Positions 1 through 10,449 of a stretch of DNA of 64,000 nucleotides are shown here, piece by piece. The translations under genes were made by a program, and so were the position numbers. The notes beneath the pieces were generated by a model that made no database searches, was not told where the DNA came from, and was given only the letters and a program-made list of their open reading frames with translations. Positions within the stretch are counted from its first letter, which is position 1. The number at the start of each line of letters is the position of its first letter. Location: contig OY771506.1 in assembly GCA_963674705.1 (NCBI GenBank), positions 3,488,001 through 3,552,000 on the forward strand, written 5' to 3'. The stretch is from Phycisphaeraceae bacterium. Lineage in GTDB: Bacteria > Planctomycetota > Phycisphaerae > Phycisphaerales > Phycisphaeraceae.

Positions 1-2537
1 TGTTTGGCGACGCGCTTACCCATCTCGGTATCGTCTACAAGATCGGGCAGGTCGTCGGCCAGCGATGAAGCGCAACTTGGTTCGAGCGCGATGATGGGCA
101 GGCCTTGCTTGGCGAAGACGTCGAGGTTCTGCATCGTTTGCGTGCCGAGGCGCTTGGCTTCCTTGACCAGTCCCTTGGAGATGCGAGGTCGTTGGCAACA
201 GCCTGCCTTGGCGATAGTGACCTTATAACCGAGGCCTTCGAGCAGTTCGACGGCGGACAGGCCGACGTTGGGTTCGTAGTAGTTGGCGTACGTATCGTCG
301 AAGAGGACGACGTGCTTGTTCGGTTCGGGCTCGTACTTCTTACGGCTTTTCAGTAGCGTCGCGAGCTTCTTGCTGGCGAGTTTGGGATAAGGCCGACGTC
401 GGTCGATGCCGGTGAGTTTTTCAAAGAGGACTTTGAAAGGCGGTAAGGACTGGACGAAGTTGGCGATCGGTGCGAGCGGGCCCGATGCGAGTTTGGCGGA
501 GTCGGGCGAACCGCCGATGAGTTTTGCGCCAAGCGGTGTGCCGTGCTTGTCGTAATGCATCTGCATGACATCGCTTTTGAGCTTGGCCATGTCGACGGCG
601 TTGGGGCATTCGCTTTTGCAGGCTTTACAGGAAAGGCAGAGCGAGAGGACATCCTTGACACGGTCGCTGGTCAGCGCGTCTTCGCCGAATTGTCCGCTCA
701 TGGCGAGGCGCAGCGCGTTGGCTCGACCGCGCGTGACGGCTTCTTCATCGCGGGTCGCCATGTAGCTTGGGCACATCGTGCCGGCGCCGTTCTTTCGACA
801 TGCGCCGATGCCGTTGCATTGTTCGACCGCGAGCGGGAAGCTGCCGTGTTCGTGGTAGTGGAAGTTGGACTTGACTTCGTGAACGTGCTGCTCGTAGCCG
901 GGCACGCCGTGACGCAGGTATTCGTGCATCTTTGGCGTGTCGATGATCTTGCCGGGGTTGAGCAGGTTTTCAGGATCGAACAGGTGTTTGACCTGTTTAA
1001 ATGCGTTGTAAAGTTGTGTGCCGAAGAAGCGTTCGAGGAATTCGCCGCGGACCAGGCCGTCGCCGTGCTCGCCGCACCATGAGCCTTTGTATTCGATGGT
1101 CATGGCGAAGGAAGCTTCGGCGATCTTGCGCATTTTTTCGACGTGGTCTGGCTTGTGCAGGTCAAGTAATGGTTTGGGATGCAGCACGCCGACGGAAGCG
1201 TGGGCGCAGAGCGAGACGGGGACTTCAAGTTCGTTGCAGACTTTCAGCAGCCGGTCGATGTATTCGGCGAGATGCTCGACGGGAATGGCTGCATCGTCGA
1301 TGAAGTCCAGCGGTTTGGCGGAGCCTTTGACGTTGGAGGCGAGTCCCACGCCGAGGCGGCGCAGCTCCCAGATGTTGGCTTTGCCTTGCGGCTCGGTGCG
1401 AAGCACGTGGGCGTAGCCGACGTTGCGCTCACGCATGGCGGTGATGAATGCGTCGGCGCGCTGGTTGGCCTGCTCCTGCGTATCGCCCATGAATTCGACG
1501 ATCTGCACGGCTTCGGGATTGCCCTCGAAGAAGTCGGCCATATGCGCGGTCGATGAGTTATGCCGACCTTCATCGATGATCTGTTTATCCAATAGTTCAA
1601 CGGTGGACGGGCTGTGCTCGAGCATCAGCGGGACGTGGCGCAATGATTCGATGATGTCATCGAAGTGGACGACGCAGACAGCGGTTGCCTTGGGATTGTC
1701 GACGAGTTTGACGGTGGCTTCGAGCAGGATACCGAGCGTGCCTTCACTGCCGACGATGAGGTTGCTGAGGTTCCATCGATTACCGTCGTGGTCCGGTCCA
1801 CTGTGTGAATTCGATTTGAACTCATCGAGGTTGTACCCGCTGACGCGGCGCATCATCTTGGGGAAGCGTGCTTCGATCTCATCGTAGTTGGCGCGGACGA
1901 CTTCGCCGACGGTGCGGTAGAGTTCGGCCTCACGTGATGAGCCGGCACTGCGGTCGGACCATGTGTCGGCATCGCAATCATCGAAGGTGAGGATTGTGCC
2001 GTCGATTAGCATGACCTTGGTGGCGATGACGTTTTCGATGGTTTTCCCGTAGATCAGAGAGCGTGTGCCGGAGGAGTTGTTGCCGATCATCCCGCCGATG
2101 GTGGCGCGGCTGCTGGTGGCTGGGTCCGGCGCGAAGTGCAGGCCGAGCGGGGCGAGCTGTTTGTTGAGCTGGTCGCGAACGACGCCTGGCTGGACGCGTG
2201 CCCATTTTTGTTCGGCGTTGACTTCCAGGACATTGTTCATGTACTTGGAGCAGTCGAGGATCATGCCGTGGCCGAACGTCTGGCCTGCAAGGCTGGTGCC
2301 GCCGCCGCGCATGGTGATGGGCATCTTGTATTGCGAGGCGATGCGTACGGCTGTGGCGACGTCGGCTTCGTCTTTAGGCACGACGACGCAGGCGGGCATC
2401 ATCTGGTAATGGCTGCCGTCGGTGGCGTGGATGCCGCGACTGACGATGTCGGTGTAGACCTCGCCTTGGACCCCGGCGTTGAGGGCGTCAGCCAGTGCGT
2501 CCATGTCTATTTTCGTTTGCGTTTCCGGGCTCGACAT
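1..2537 (-). CDS. FAD-linked oxidase / Fe-S oxidoreductase (GlcD/YdiJ-like); runs off the left edge
   Basis: Manual translation of the minus strand (missing from the ORF track because the stop lies outside the window): MDALADALNAGVQGEVYTD..HATDGSHYQMMPACVVVP..RGGGTSLAGQ..PDPATSSRATIGGMIGNNSSG (FAD-binding), then CNGIGACRK..MCPSY and CLSCKACKSECP (Fe-S). Start could be 2504, 2537 or 2552. Confidence 0.9.
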   Translation of the reverse strand, partial: MSSPETQTKIDMDALADALNAGVQGEVYTDIVSRGIHATDGSHYQMMPACVVVPKDEADVATAVRIASQYKMPITMRGGGTSLAGQTFGHGMILDCSKYMNNVLEVNAEQKWARVQPGVVRDQLNKQLAPLGLHFAPDPATSSRATIGGMIGNNSSGTRSLIYGKTIENVIATKVMLIDGTILTFDDCDADTWSDRSAGSSREAELYRTVGEVVRANYDEIEARFPKMMRRVSGYNLDEFKSNSHSGPDHDGNRWNLSNLIVGSEGTLGILLEATVKLVDNPKATAVCVVHFDDIIESLRHVPLMLEHSPSTVELLDKQIIDEGRHNSSTAHMADFFEGNPEAVQIVEFMGDTQEQANQRADAFITAMRERNVGYAHVLRTEPQGKANIWELRRLGVGLASNVKGSAKPLDFIDDAAIPVEHLAEYIDRLLKVCNELEVPVSLCAHASVGVLHPKPLLDLHKPDHVEKMRKIAEASFAMTIEYKGSWCGEHGDGLVRGEFLERFFGTQLYNAFKQVKHLFDPENLLNPGKIIDTPKMHEYLRHGVPGYEQHVHEVKSNFHYHEHGSFPLAVEQCNGIGACRKNGAGTMCPSYMATRDEEAVTRGRANALRLAMSGQFGEDALTSDRVKDVLSLCLSCKACKSECPNAVDMAKLKSDVMQMHYDKHGTPLGAKLIGGSPDSAKLASGPLAPIANFVQSLPPFKVLFEKLTGIDRRRPYPKLASKKLATLLKSRKKYEPEPNKHVVLFDDTYANYYEPNVGLSAVELLEGLGYKVTIAKAGCCQRPRISKGLVKEAKRLGTQTMQNLDVFAKQGLPIIALEPSCASSLADDLPDLVDDTEMGKRVAK

Positions 2538-2685
2538 ACCAGGTGTTTCCATCGACAGTGCGGCCCAAACACTGACTGCACTGACAGCGTCGGGTCGCCA
2601 TTTTTGAGTCGCGCATTTTAACGGCTATGCCCGAGACCTGCCGGAGGGGCATTTGCTTATATGAGACGCGGAGTCAGCAAGGGAT

Positions 2686-3093
2686 TCAGCGGACGATCTG
2701 GCGGTACTCGGCCCGATACGTCGTCGAGGAGACGTTGTCGTACACCCGGCCGTTGGAGAAGTACTGGTGATCGCGGGTGTAGGTGACGCTGGACTGCACG
2801 GTGGGCAGTTCGTAGCCACTGGTGGCGGCGAGCGTCTGGTCGTTGCGGGAGTCGTACCAGGCCAAGCCACGATCGATGCCGCGGGTTTCACGCAGATACT
2901 GAAGCAAGGGGGTATCCAGTACGAGGGATCGCGGCACGCCGTCGGTATCCAGTTGCGGGCCGAGGTCGGTCATGGGCTGAGGCTGCTCACAGCCAACCAG
3001 CGCCAGACAGCCGCCGAGGCCAAGTACCAGGACAAGAGGGCGTATAGCACGCATCGCTAAACTGTAGTGCGAAGTGCGTGCCGGGGTGGACAT
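2686..3093 (-). CDS. Hypothetical lipoprotein
   Basis: Hydrophobic signal ending in lipobox-like LVGC; real start may be the second Met (MRAIRP). Confidence 0.65.
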   Translation of the reverse strand: MSTPARTSHYSLAMRAIRPLVLVLGLGGCLALVGCEQPQPMTDLGPQLDTDGVPRSLVLDTPLLQYLRETRGIDRGLAWYDSRNDQTLAATSGYELPTVQSSVTYTRDHQYFSNGRVYDNVSSTTYRAEYRQIVR

Positions 3094-3279
3094 ATGTATC
3101 AGTTATGGGACGTTGATTTGTAATTTATTCATGGACCTATATTTATGAATATGTAATTTGCGCATAAAAAGCCTCGGCAACAACCGGTTGTGTCGGCTGT
3201 AGCTTTGAGGCAACGTGTGTGTTGTATGGCGGTAACCGGGGGGGAAGACCGGGGGCAGGGTGGATCGGCAGTGACCCGC

Positions 3280-3810
3280 TTAGCCGACGGTCACGTGGTC
3301 CTCACCGGGGCTCCAGTCGCAGGCACACAACTCGCCGGACTGCACGGCATCGATGACGCGCAGGGCTTCTGGGACGCTTCGGCCGACGTTGAGGTTGTTG
3401 GCGCAGGCCCACTGGATGATGCCCTCCGGATCGACGAGGAAGGTCGCGCGCAGGCAGACATTTTCTTCCGGATCGAGGATGCCCAGGTCCTGAGCGAGCT
3501 TCTGCGCGGCGATCAGCGGATAGGGCAGGTTTTTCAGGCCGCCGTGCGCCTGGCGCCATGCGAGGTGGGAGAATTCGTTATCCGTGCTGCCGCCGATGAT
3601 GACGACGTTCTTCTCGTCGAACTGGGCCGCCGCCTTGCCGAACTCGATCAATTCGGTCGGGCAGACGAAGGTGAAGTCCTTGGGGTAGAAGATGAACAGC
3701 TTCCAGCGTCCTTCATAGTCGCCGGTCTGGATAGTGGTCAGGTCATCGATGGTGAGGCCCGAGCAGGCGTTGCATTTGAAGGCAGGAAAAGCTTGGCCGA
3801 CAGTCAGCAT
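3280..3810 (-). CDS. ahpC: Peroxiredoxin (AhpC/TSA family, 2-Cys)
   Basis: FYPKDFTFVCPTE peroxidatic motif, VGRS, C-terminal GELCACDW. Confidence 0.93.
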   Translation of the reverse strand: MLTVGQAFPAFKCNACSGLTIDDLTTIQTGDYEGRWKLFIFYPKDFTFVCPTELIEFGKAAAQFDEKNVVIIGGSTDNEFSHLAWRQAHGGLKNLPYPLIAAQKLAQDLGILDPEENVCLRATFLVDPEGIIQWACANNLNVGRSVPEALRVIDAVQSGELCACDWSPGEDHVTVG

Positions 3811-4079
3811 CGTAGGAAACTCCGTACTGGTGGTGTGGATAAGGATTTTGGTTGGTTAAGCACAAGCCAAGGGGTCAATTTGCCCCAAGTCACAGGAGCG
3901 TAGGCGGTGAAAACACGGCAGTCAAACAGGTCTGATGATCGTAACTTCTTGCTAACAGTTAATTTTCCTTGTATTCAGGGCAATTGGTCGATAGATTGAT
4001 TGATTAGGAACCCGGATCCTCGCCGGGTGATGATTACACCATAGATGCCTGTTTAGTACCCACGGCATCAAACACCACC

Positions 4080-6644
4080 ATGCAAGGGGGCAAGATCATG
4101 AAGAACGCTGCATGTTTCGCGATTGCTGTGTCTGTAGCTGTAGGTCTGAATACGTATCCGGGAGAAGCTCAAACAACGCTCAATGTCAATGCCGGCCAGA
4201 CGCTGACCGGAGCGGATTTGCTAGCGGGGGAATTTAACGGCCAAACCTTCACGCTCGGGTCCGACCTGACGATCGAGATCAATGATGAGGGTGAGTTGGA
4301 GTTAAAGATGGGCAGCCCGGACGTTTCGTTTGCTGGAACGACGGTCAACATCAATGATGGTGGATTATTCAGCCAAACTTTGTCGGTTGACTTTACCGAT
4401 GCGACGCTGAATATCCTTGAAGGTGGATATGCCTATATCCATAGCCTTGAAAACAATGTCGCTGTCAATGTGCAAGGCGGGTTACTCGTCTCACTTAGCG
4501 ATATCAATGGCGGTTCAACTGTCAGCATGTCTTCAGGCAGAATGAAGTTTTCCTCTTTGTCAGGTGATTCGACCGGCATGGTGAACATGACCGGGGGCAC
4601 ACTGTTGCGATGTTCGAGAGTACGTGACGGCGCATCGACGACAATCTCCGGAGGCTTGATTGCGGAGAACTTCACCGCCTCGACAGGCGGCCAGGTGATC
4701 TTTGTCGGTGATGAATTTCAGTTGAATGGTGTTGATGTGACGGACCTGGAAGCGGGTTTGCCAGAGAACGGTGTGTTTACAGGCACGCTGGCTGACGGCT
4801 CGGTTTTCATCTTCAACAAACAAGCGGGTGACGATGATTTATATGGTTCCGGGACGGCCATCACGGGGGATTCTGTCTACGTTATAAGTAACGACATCAG
4901 TGACAAGATCGAGGCGGGCACAGTTACACTTCAACAAACCGCGATTGCACCTGCCGACACGACACCGATGACAATCAGCACCGCTTCCGATTTACATGGC
5001 CTGCGCAGCGGACAGGACTTGATGCTTGTCAGTGGTGGTGCATTGGGCGAACATTTTGCAGTGGTCGGCGCGACGCTGAGTATCAGCGGGGGAACGATCG
5101 GCAATGACCTGCAAGTCGCGTACAGCGATGTCACTATTTCAGGCGGTCAGGTTGGCGACTCCAACAGCATGGTCGGCGACTTTTTTGCTGTGTATGACGG
5201 CAGCAATGTGACCATCAGTGGCGGACACTTCGGCGATCGGTTGCAGGCTTTTACTGGCAGCTCGATCGACATCTCGGGCGGTGGGTTTGATGACGGTTTA
5301 TGCACATGGTCGGGCAGTTCAGTTACGCTGCATGGCGATGATTTTCAGCTTAACGGCAGCTCCGTTTCGGATGTGGATGCGGGAGTTACAGCAAATGATT
5401 TGTTCACCGCCACCTTGTCAGACGGGACGGTGGTTATCCTCAGTGGTCGTGAGTATAGAACAACAATCTCCGATGGCGTGACATCGATATCGACAGTTGT
5501 TAATGCATATGATCCGATAGCAGCCGATACCACGACACTGTCCACCGGGTCGCTCGGCGGAATTGATACGACGCCACAGTATGTATCCAGCGGTGTCGGT
5601 CCAAGAGGGTTGAGGCCCGGTCAGACGTTGACGCTTAGTGGAACGGGGCAGCTTCAAGATCACTTCGGTCTTGTGAACGCTACGCTGAACATTGATGGCG
5701 GTACTGTCGGTGATTACATGCGCGTGGCTCACGGCGACATCCAGATGTCAGACGGCCTGGTTGATGGGCGTGTGTTTGTTTATGACGGGGGCACGTTCGC
5801 AATGACCGGCGGTGAGGTTGCACAACAAATCAACGCCAACTACGGCGGCCGGGTTGTGATTTCAGATGGGATCGTCGAAAAGGTTTATGCTTATGAAGGC
5901 GGTGATGTGCAGGTCAACGGCGGCTTGATTGAATACATCACGATTGATGAGGGCGGGTCGCTTGATATGGCTGGGGGCGAGACGACCTACGGTGTTGATG
6001 TAAACAGTGCAAACGCCTCATTCAGCGGGGGCACGATAGGATCCATATTGAGCGTCAGTGGCAGCATACAGTCGCCTGGCCACGCGGTTATTACGGGTGG
6101 AGAAGTTTCAACTGTAAGTAGCAACGGATACGCCAATGTGGAATTATCAGATGGTTTTGTTACGACGGTAGCGAAGGCATCGGGGGATTCCCAGATCGAT
6201 ATAACAGGCGGGCAGATAGCCAAGCTGAGAACGGAGAATGGTGGGACTATCAATCTTTATGATGCCCAGATACTGGGAGATGTCTCTGCTCAATTTGCGG
6301 GGGTCATTAATATCTGGGGTGGTGATATTGCCGGAGAGTTTCAGGTCAGAATGGGGGGAACTATTAATCTGTACGTTCAGCAATTGATGCTGGACGGTGA
6401 GTTGGTTGATCTGACACTCGATGAGCCGTACATCATTACCGAACGGGACAGCATCCTGCTGAACGCGATACTGTCGGACGGCTCGTTGCTTGATATCACG
6501 CTCAACGCCATGCCAATATCGGGTGAAGATTACTTCTTGCCGCAATCGACCCTCACGGTAACGCTGGTGCCGGAGCCGGCTTCGTTGGTGCTGCTTTCAA
6601 CGGGCATCGGGGTGTTGTGTTTGAAGCGGCGAAGTGTGTGTTGA
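4080..6644 (+). CDS. Large secreted Gly-rich repeat protein with PEP-CTERM sorting signal
   Basis: N-terminal signal peptide; Gly-rich 'SGG/TGG' repeats; C-terminal VPEPASLVLL..KRR. Confidence 0.88.
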   Translation: MQGGKIMKNAACFAIAVSVAVGLNTYPGEAQTTLNVNAGQTLTGADLLAGEFNGQTFTLGSDLTIEINDEGELELKMGSPDVSFAGTTVNINDGGLFSQTLSVDFTDATLNILEGGYAYIHSLENNVAVNVQGGLLVSLSDINGGSTVSMSSGRMKFSSLSGDSTGMVNMTGGTLLRCSRVRDGASTTISGGLIAENFTASTGGQVIFVGDEFQLNGVDVTDLEAGLPENGVFTGTLADGSVFIFNKQAGDDDLYGSGTAITGDSVYVISNDISDKIEAGTVTLQQTAIAPADTTPMTISTASDLHGLRSGQDLMLVSGGALGEHFAVVGATLSISGGTIGNDLQVAYSDVTISGGQVGDSNSMVGDFFAVYDGSNVTISGGHFGDRLQAFTGSSIDISGGGFDDGLCTWSGSSVTLHGDDFQLNGSSVSDVDAGVTANDLFTATLSDGTVVILSGREYRTTISDGVTSISTVVNAYDPIAADTTTLSTGSLGGIDTTPQYVSSGVGPRGLRPGQTLTLSGTGQLQDHFGLVNATLNIDGGTVGDYMRVAHGDIQMSDGLVDGRVFVYDGGTFAMTGGEVAQQINANYGGRVVISDGIVEKVYAYEGGDVQVNGGLIEYITIDEGGSLDMAGGETTYGVDVNSANASFSGGTIGSILSVSGSIQSPGHAVITGGEVSTVSSNGYANVELSDGFVTTVAKASGDSQIDITGGQIAKLRTENGGTINLYDAQILGDVSAQFAGVINIWGGDIAGEFQVRMGGTINLYVQQLMLDGELVDLTLDEPYIITERDSILLNAILSDGSLLDITLNAMPISGEDYFLPQSTLTVTLVPEPASLVLLSTGIGVLCLKRRSVC

Positions 6645-6710
6645 GCCGTGTGATGTCGTGAAATAAGAGGATTTGAGCGCTTCAGGGGGCGTTTGGCGTA
6701 CAATAGGGGG

Positions 6711-7571
6711 ATGACGTTATCTGATGGGATGAAAACCGAGGCTTCGGCACTGCTTGCGCGGCTGGAAGCTGTCGTGCGCAAGCGGGGGCGGATGATTACG
6801 GCGTATTCCGGCGGGGTGGATTCGACGCTCGTGGCGGCGGTTGCGCGGCGGGTGTTGGGTAAGGAAAATGCGCCGGCGGTGATCGGGGATTCACCTTCGC
6901 TGCCTCGTTTTGAGCTGGAACAGGCGCGGAAGATCGCCAAGGACCTGGACCTTGAACTGATCGAGGTTCGGCCCGGCGAGCAGGATGATGAAGGATACAA
7001 AGCCAACGCGGGGAATCGCTGCTACTATTGCAAGACACATCTCTACGATGCTCTGAAACACTTGTCGAGTGAGTTACAGATCAAGTACATCGCCAACGGG
7101 ACGAATAAGGACGACCTGGGCGACCATCGGCCGGGACTGACGGCGGCTGAGGAAGCGCAAGTGATTTCGCCTTTGATCGATGCCGGATTCGGCAAGGAAG
7201 AAGTGCGTATCGTCGCGCAGGAGCTTGGGCTCGAGAACTGGGACAAGCCTGCAGCGGCGTGCCTGGCGAGCCGGGTGCCCTATGGCAGCGAGGTGACGCC
7301 GGAGTTGCTTAAGCAGATCGAGCGAGCAGAGGATGTGCTGCGTGCGATGGGGTTTGTCGGATTTCGCGTCAGGCATCACGACCAGGTCGCGCGGATCGAG
7401 CTGCCATTGGATCAGATTGATCGGTTGATGGATGACGAGGTAAGGCAGGCTGTCGCCGAAGGGATACGCGGCGCGGGGTATCTGTATGTTGCGCTCGACC
7501 TGGAAGGTTTTAGAAGCGGCAGCGGTAACCTGGCGCTGACGATCAGCGCCAATAATCGACGGGGTAAATAA
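6711..7571 (+). CDS. larE: LarE-family ATP-dependent sulfur transferase (PP-loop)
   Basis: AYSGGVDS PP-loop, RCYYCK, DDLGDHRPG, KPAAACLASRVPYG, RVRHH, DLEGFRSGS. Confidence 0.9.
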   Translation: MTLSDGMKTEASALLARLEAVVRKRGRMITAYSGGVDSTLVAAVARRVLGKENAPAVIGDSPSLPRFELEQARKIAKDLDLELIEVRPGEQDDEGYKANAGNRCYYCKTHLYDALKHLSSELQIKYIANGTNKDDLGDHRPGLTAAEEAQVISPLIDAGFGKEEVRIVAQELGLENWDKPAAACLASRVPYGSEVTPELLKQIERAEDVLRAMGFVGFRVRHHDQVARIELPLDQIDRLMDDEVRQAVAEGIRGAGYLYVALDLEGFRSGSGNLALTISANNRRGK

Positions 7572-7592
7572 GAACAACAAGCATCATGGAGG

Positions 7593-8549
7593 ATGATGAT
7601 GCGATACGTGCTAAGTTCGTTGATCTGCTGTGTTGTGTTGTTGAGTGGTGCAACGGTTTCGTTTGCTGACATGCATGGTCTTGATGCGAGGGACTATCAG
7701 CTTTGGGAACGGCACTGGCGTTTCTTTGCTCAGCGTTGCGCCAAGTTTGAGGATGAGTTCATCTGCTGCCCGTCATATCAGCAGCGTTATCCGAGTTCGG
7801 CGGGGATCACGCTTCGCGAAGCGCAGGCGAAGCTGACCGAGAAGGTGGATGTCGGCGGTCCTGGGGTGGTGATCACGAAGACGATCAATATGCCAAAGGC
7901 TGAGGCGCAGGCGATGGCGCTACCGCTGCCGCGGATGGCGGTGGGGGAGTACGGCTACCTGGAGTCGGTCGAGGTGGAGGAGGTACTTGGCACGACGTCG
8001 ATGTTCGTGACTGAGCCGACGCTGATCGATACGAGCACGGTGGGCAAGGAATACAAGGCGGACCGCGCCAAGGCCAGGCAGGCGGATGACCCGGACGCGG
8101 CCGAAGCGCTTCTTGAATACATGTACAGCCAGCGTGAAGCACTGGCGGAGCGGCAGAAACACAGTTCATTTAAGAAGGGTGAGATTCGGCTTGAAGGTTT
8201 TTCGACCAAGGGGCTGAGCGAGGGGGTTCGTTGGGATGGGCCGCGCGGCGGGGGATTGCAGGTGCTGATGGTTCGGCAGGAGGTGTACGGCCCGGAGCGA
8301 AGGCCGAAGCTGCGGTTTGTCGCGGTTGCGCTGGACAAGGTTGAATGGGGATTGGATGAACAGCAGTTCGTAGCGTTACTCAAAGAACGGGGGATGAACC
8401 CGAAGGGGTTTGTTGACCTGGTGATGGCGGAGATGGCCAAGGCGGACCCGGAGCCGGCACAGTTGGAGGTGTTCCAGCATCTACTGCCGCCGGTGCCCGA
8501 TCCATCGGAAGAAAAAGACTCGAAGGATTCAGCCAAAGATGAAACCTGA
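7593..8549 (+). CDS. Hypothetical secreted protein
   Basis: 318-aa ORF with signal peptide, preceded by GGAGG; no family recognised. Confidence 0.75.
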   Translation: MMMRYVLSSLICCVVLLSGATVSFADMHGLDARDYQLWERHWRFFAQRCAKFEDEFICCPSYQQRYPSSAGITLREAQAKLTEKVDVGGPGVVITKTINMPKAEAQAMALPLPRMAVGEYGYLESVEVEEVLGTTSMFVTEPTLIDTSTVGKEYKADRAKARQADDPDAAEALLEYMYSQREALAERQKHSSFKKGEIRLEGFSTKGLSEGVRWDGPRGGGLQVLMVRQEVYGPERRPKLRFVAVALDKVEWGLDEQQFVALLKERGMNPKGFVDLVMAEMAKADPEPAQLEVFQHLLPPVPDPSEEKDSKDSAKDET

Positions 8550-8668
8550 TTTTCGCGTCCTGAGGGCGGTTTCGCCGGTGGGGTATTTACCCGGTTAAAC
8601 AACCCTATTGAAGTGAGAGGCGTGCGGCCCTAGAATCGAGCGCGTTCGCGAAGCGAAAGGGTTTTAGT

Positions 8669-9184
8669 TTGAAACGTAAGTGCGACAAATGCTCACGTCC
8701 TGCCACCCACCACTCGGTGGAGATCATCCAGGGGCAGAAGATCGTGAAGCATCTGTGCGAACAGCACGCGGCCGAGGAAGGGTTGGCGATCAAGTCGATC
8801 CACACGCCGATCAATGAACTACTGACGAATTTTGTGAAGGTCCACAGTGCCGCGCCTCCGACGGCCGCGGATATGCCGCTTCAGGGCCAGGTCTGCCAGG
8901 AATGCGGGTTGACGTTCAGCCAGTTCCGCAAAGATTCGCTGTTGGGCTGCCCGGATTGCTACAAGGCATTTGAAGATGCGCTATCGACGATCATCGAGCG
9001 TGCTCATGAAGGCGGGACGCACCATATCGGCAAGGTGCCGCGTCGTGCGGGGGCCGGCGAGCAACGCCAGGCGCTACTGATGCGGATGCGCAAGCAGCTT
9101 GATGATGCGGTGCTGGGCGAGGACTACGAACGAGCGGCACAACTGCGTGACGATATCCGTAAGTTCGAGGGGGAACTGACTTGA
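8669..9184 (+). CDS. mcsA: McsA-type activator of protein-arginine kinase (CXXC motifs + UvrB/C motif)
   Basis: CDKC, HLCEQHA, CQECG, LGCPDCY, HHIGKVP, EDYERAAQLRD; TTG start; overlaps mcsB. Confidence 0.9.
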   Translation: MKRKCDKCSRPATHHSVEIIQGQKIVKHLCEQHAAEEGLAIKSIHTPINELLTNFVKVHSAAPPTAADMPLQGQVCQECGLTFSQFRKDSLLGCPDCYKAFEDALSTIIERAHEGGTHHIGKVPRRAGAGEQRQALLMRMRKQLDDAVLGEDYERAAQLRDDIRKFEGELT

Positions 9185-10254
9185 ACCTGAACAGCTACAC
9201 CGACCACGCCGGTGAATGGCTGCGCGGGACCGGGCCCCACAGCGACATCGTGATTTCAAGCCGGGTGAGGTTGGCACGCAACCTCGCGGGCTTTCCTTTC
9301 GTGAATCGTGCTACGACCCGACAGCGGTACGAGATGCTGGCTATCTGCAAGGAGCGGATCGTCAGCGATCGACTGGCGCCGAATATCCTGTGGGTCGAGT
9401 TAAGCGACAGCCCGAAGATCGATCGGCAGTTGCTGGTTGAACGACACCTGATCAGCAGGCAGCACGCCAACGCGCCGGACGATCAGCCCCGGGCCGTGGC
9501 GGTGGGCGCGGACGAGACGTTTGCGATCATGGTCAACGAAGAGGACCACCTGCGGATGCAAGTGCTCCGCAGCGGGATGCAACTGAGCGAAGCGTTCGAC
9601 CAGATCAATCGGATCGACGACATCCTCGAAGACCGCATCGACTATGCCTACGGCAAGCGCTACGGCTACCTGACCGCGTGCCCGACGAATATCGGCACGG
9701 GCCTGCGCGTCAGCGTGATGCTGCACCTGCCTGCGCTCAAGATGACGGGTGAGATCGACAAGGTCCGCCGGGCTGCACGGGATATGCATTTAGCGGTGCG
9801 CGGGCTTTTTGGCGAAGGCTCCGAAGCTTTGGGCGATCTCTACCAGGTGTCCAACCAGACGACGCTGGGGCGCAGCGAGGAAGAAATACTGGCGGACTTC
9901 CAGAACACGATCGTGCCGCAGATCATCGCGTATGAGCATCAGGCGCGGCAGGCGCTGATGAAGCACCGCGAAGCCCAGTTCGATGACAAGCTGTGGCGGG
10001 CGTGGGCGATCCTGACGCATGCCCGGGTGATGGGCGGCGAAGAGGTGTTGTCGCTGCTGTCGCAGCTTCGGCTGGCGGTGAACCTTGGCCGCATTAACCG
10101 CACGGACATCCGGACGATCAACGAGCTGTTCCTGCTGACGCAGGCGGCGCATTTGCAGAAGATTTCCGGCACGGAGATGGATGCCCCGACACGCCGGGCC
10201 GCCCGGGCGCGGCTGCTGCGGCAGCGGCTCGGTGGAGATGCGGAGCATTCCTGA
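9181..10254 (+). CDS. mcsB: Protein-arginine kinase
   Basis: ISSRVRLARN, MVNEEDHLRMQ, GYLTACPTNIGTGLRVSVMLHLP, QVSNQTTLG. Confidence 0.95.
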   Translation: MNLNSYTDHAGEWLRGTGPHSDIVISSRVRLARNLAGFPFVNRATTRQRYEMLAICKERIVSDRLAPNILWVELSDSPKIDRQLLVERHLISRQHANAPDDQPRAVAVGADETFAIMVNEEDHLRMQVLRSGMQLSEAFDQINRIDDILEDRIDYAYGKRYGYLTACPTNIGTGLRVSVMLHLPALKMTGEIDKVRRAARDMHLAVRGLFGEGSEALGDLYQVSNQTTLGRSEEEILADFQNTIVPQIIAYEHQARQALMKHREAQFDDKLWRAWAILTHARVMGGEEVLSLLSQLRLAVNLGRINRTDIRTINELFLLTQAAHLQKISGTEMDAPTRRAARARLLRQRLGGDAEHS

Positions 10255-10449
10255 GTCCTGCGGCCGTGTTTTTTCGTGTTGATTTACCGTAAAAACAGCA
10301 GGGGAAAGCTTTTCCACAATACGCCGGTCTCCTTTTTCCCTTGCTAACATGCTTAAAGTCCCTAGACTGTTTTGCGATGGTACCTCTTGTCGGGGTCATT
10401 CAGGGTAAGGGGATGCTGGAGGTCCCCGGGGCGGAAAAGGAACTTGCCT

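Noticed and set aside
4..2621. Many short ORFs on both strands in the track
   Set aside because: All overlap the single minus-strand FAD/Fe-S oxidoreductase, which the track missed because its stop lies outside the window.
3930..4010. Possible OxyR-type site upstream of ahpC
   Set aside because: AT-rich, but no convincing ATAG-N7-CTAT spacing.
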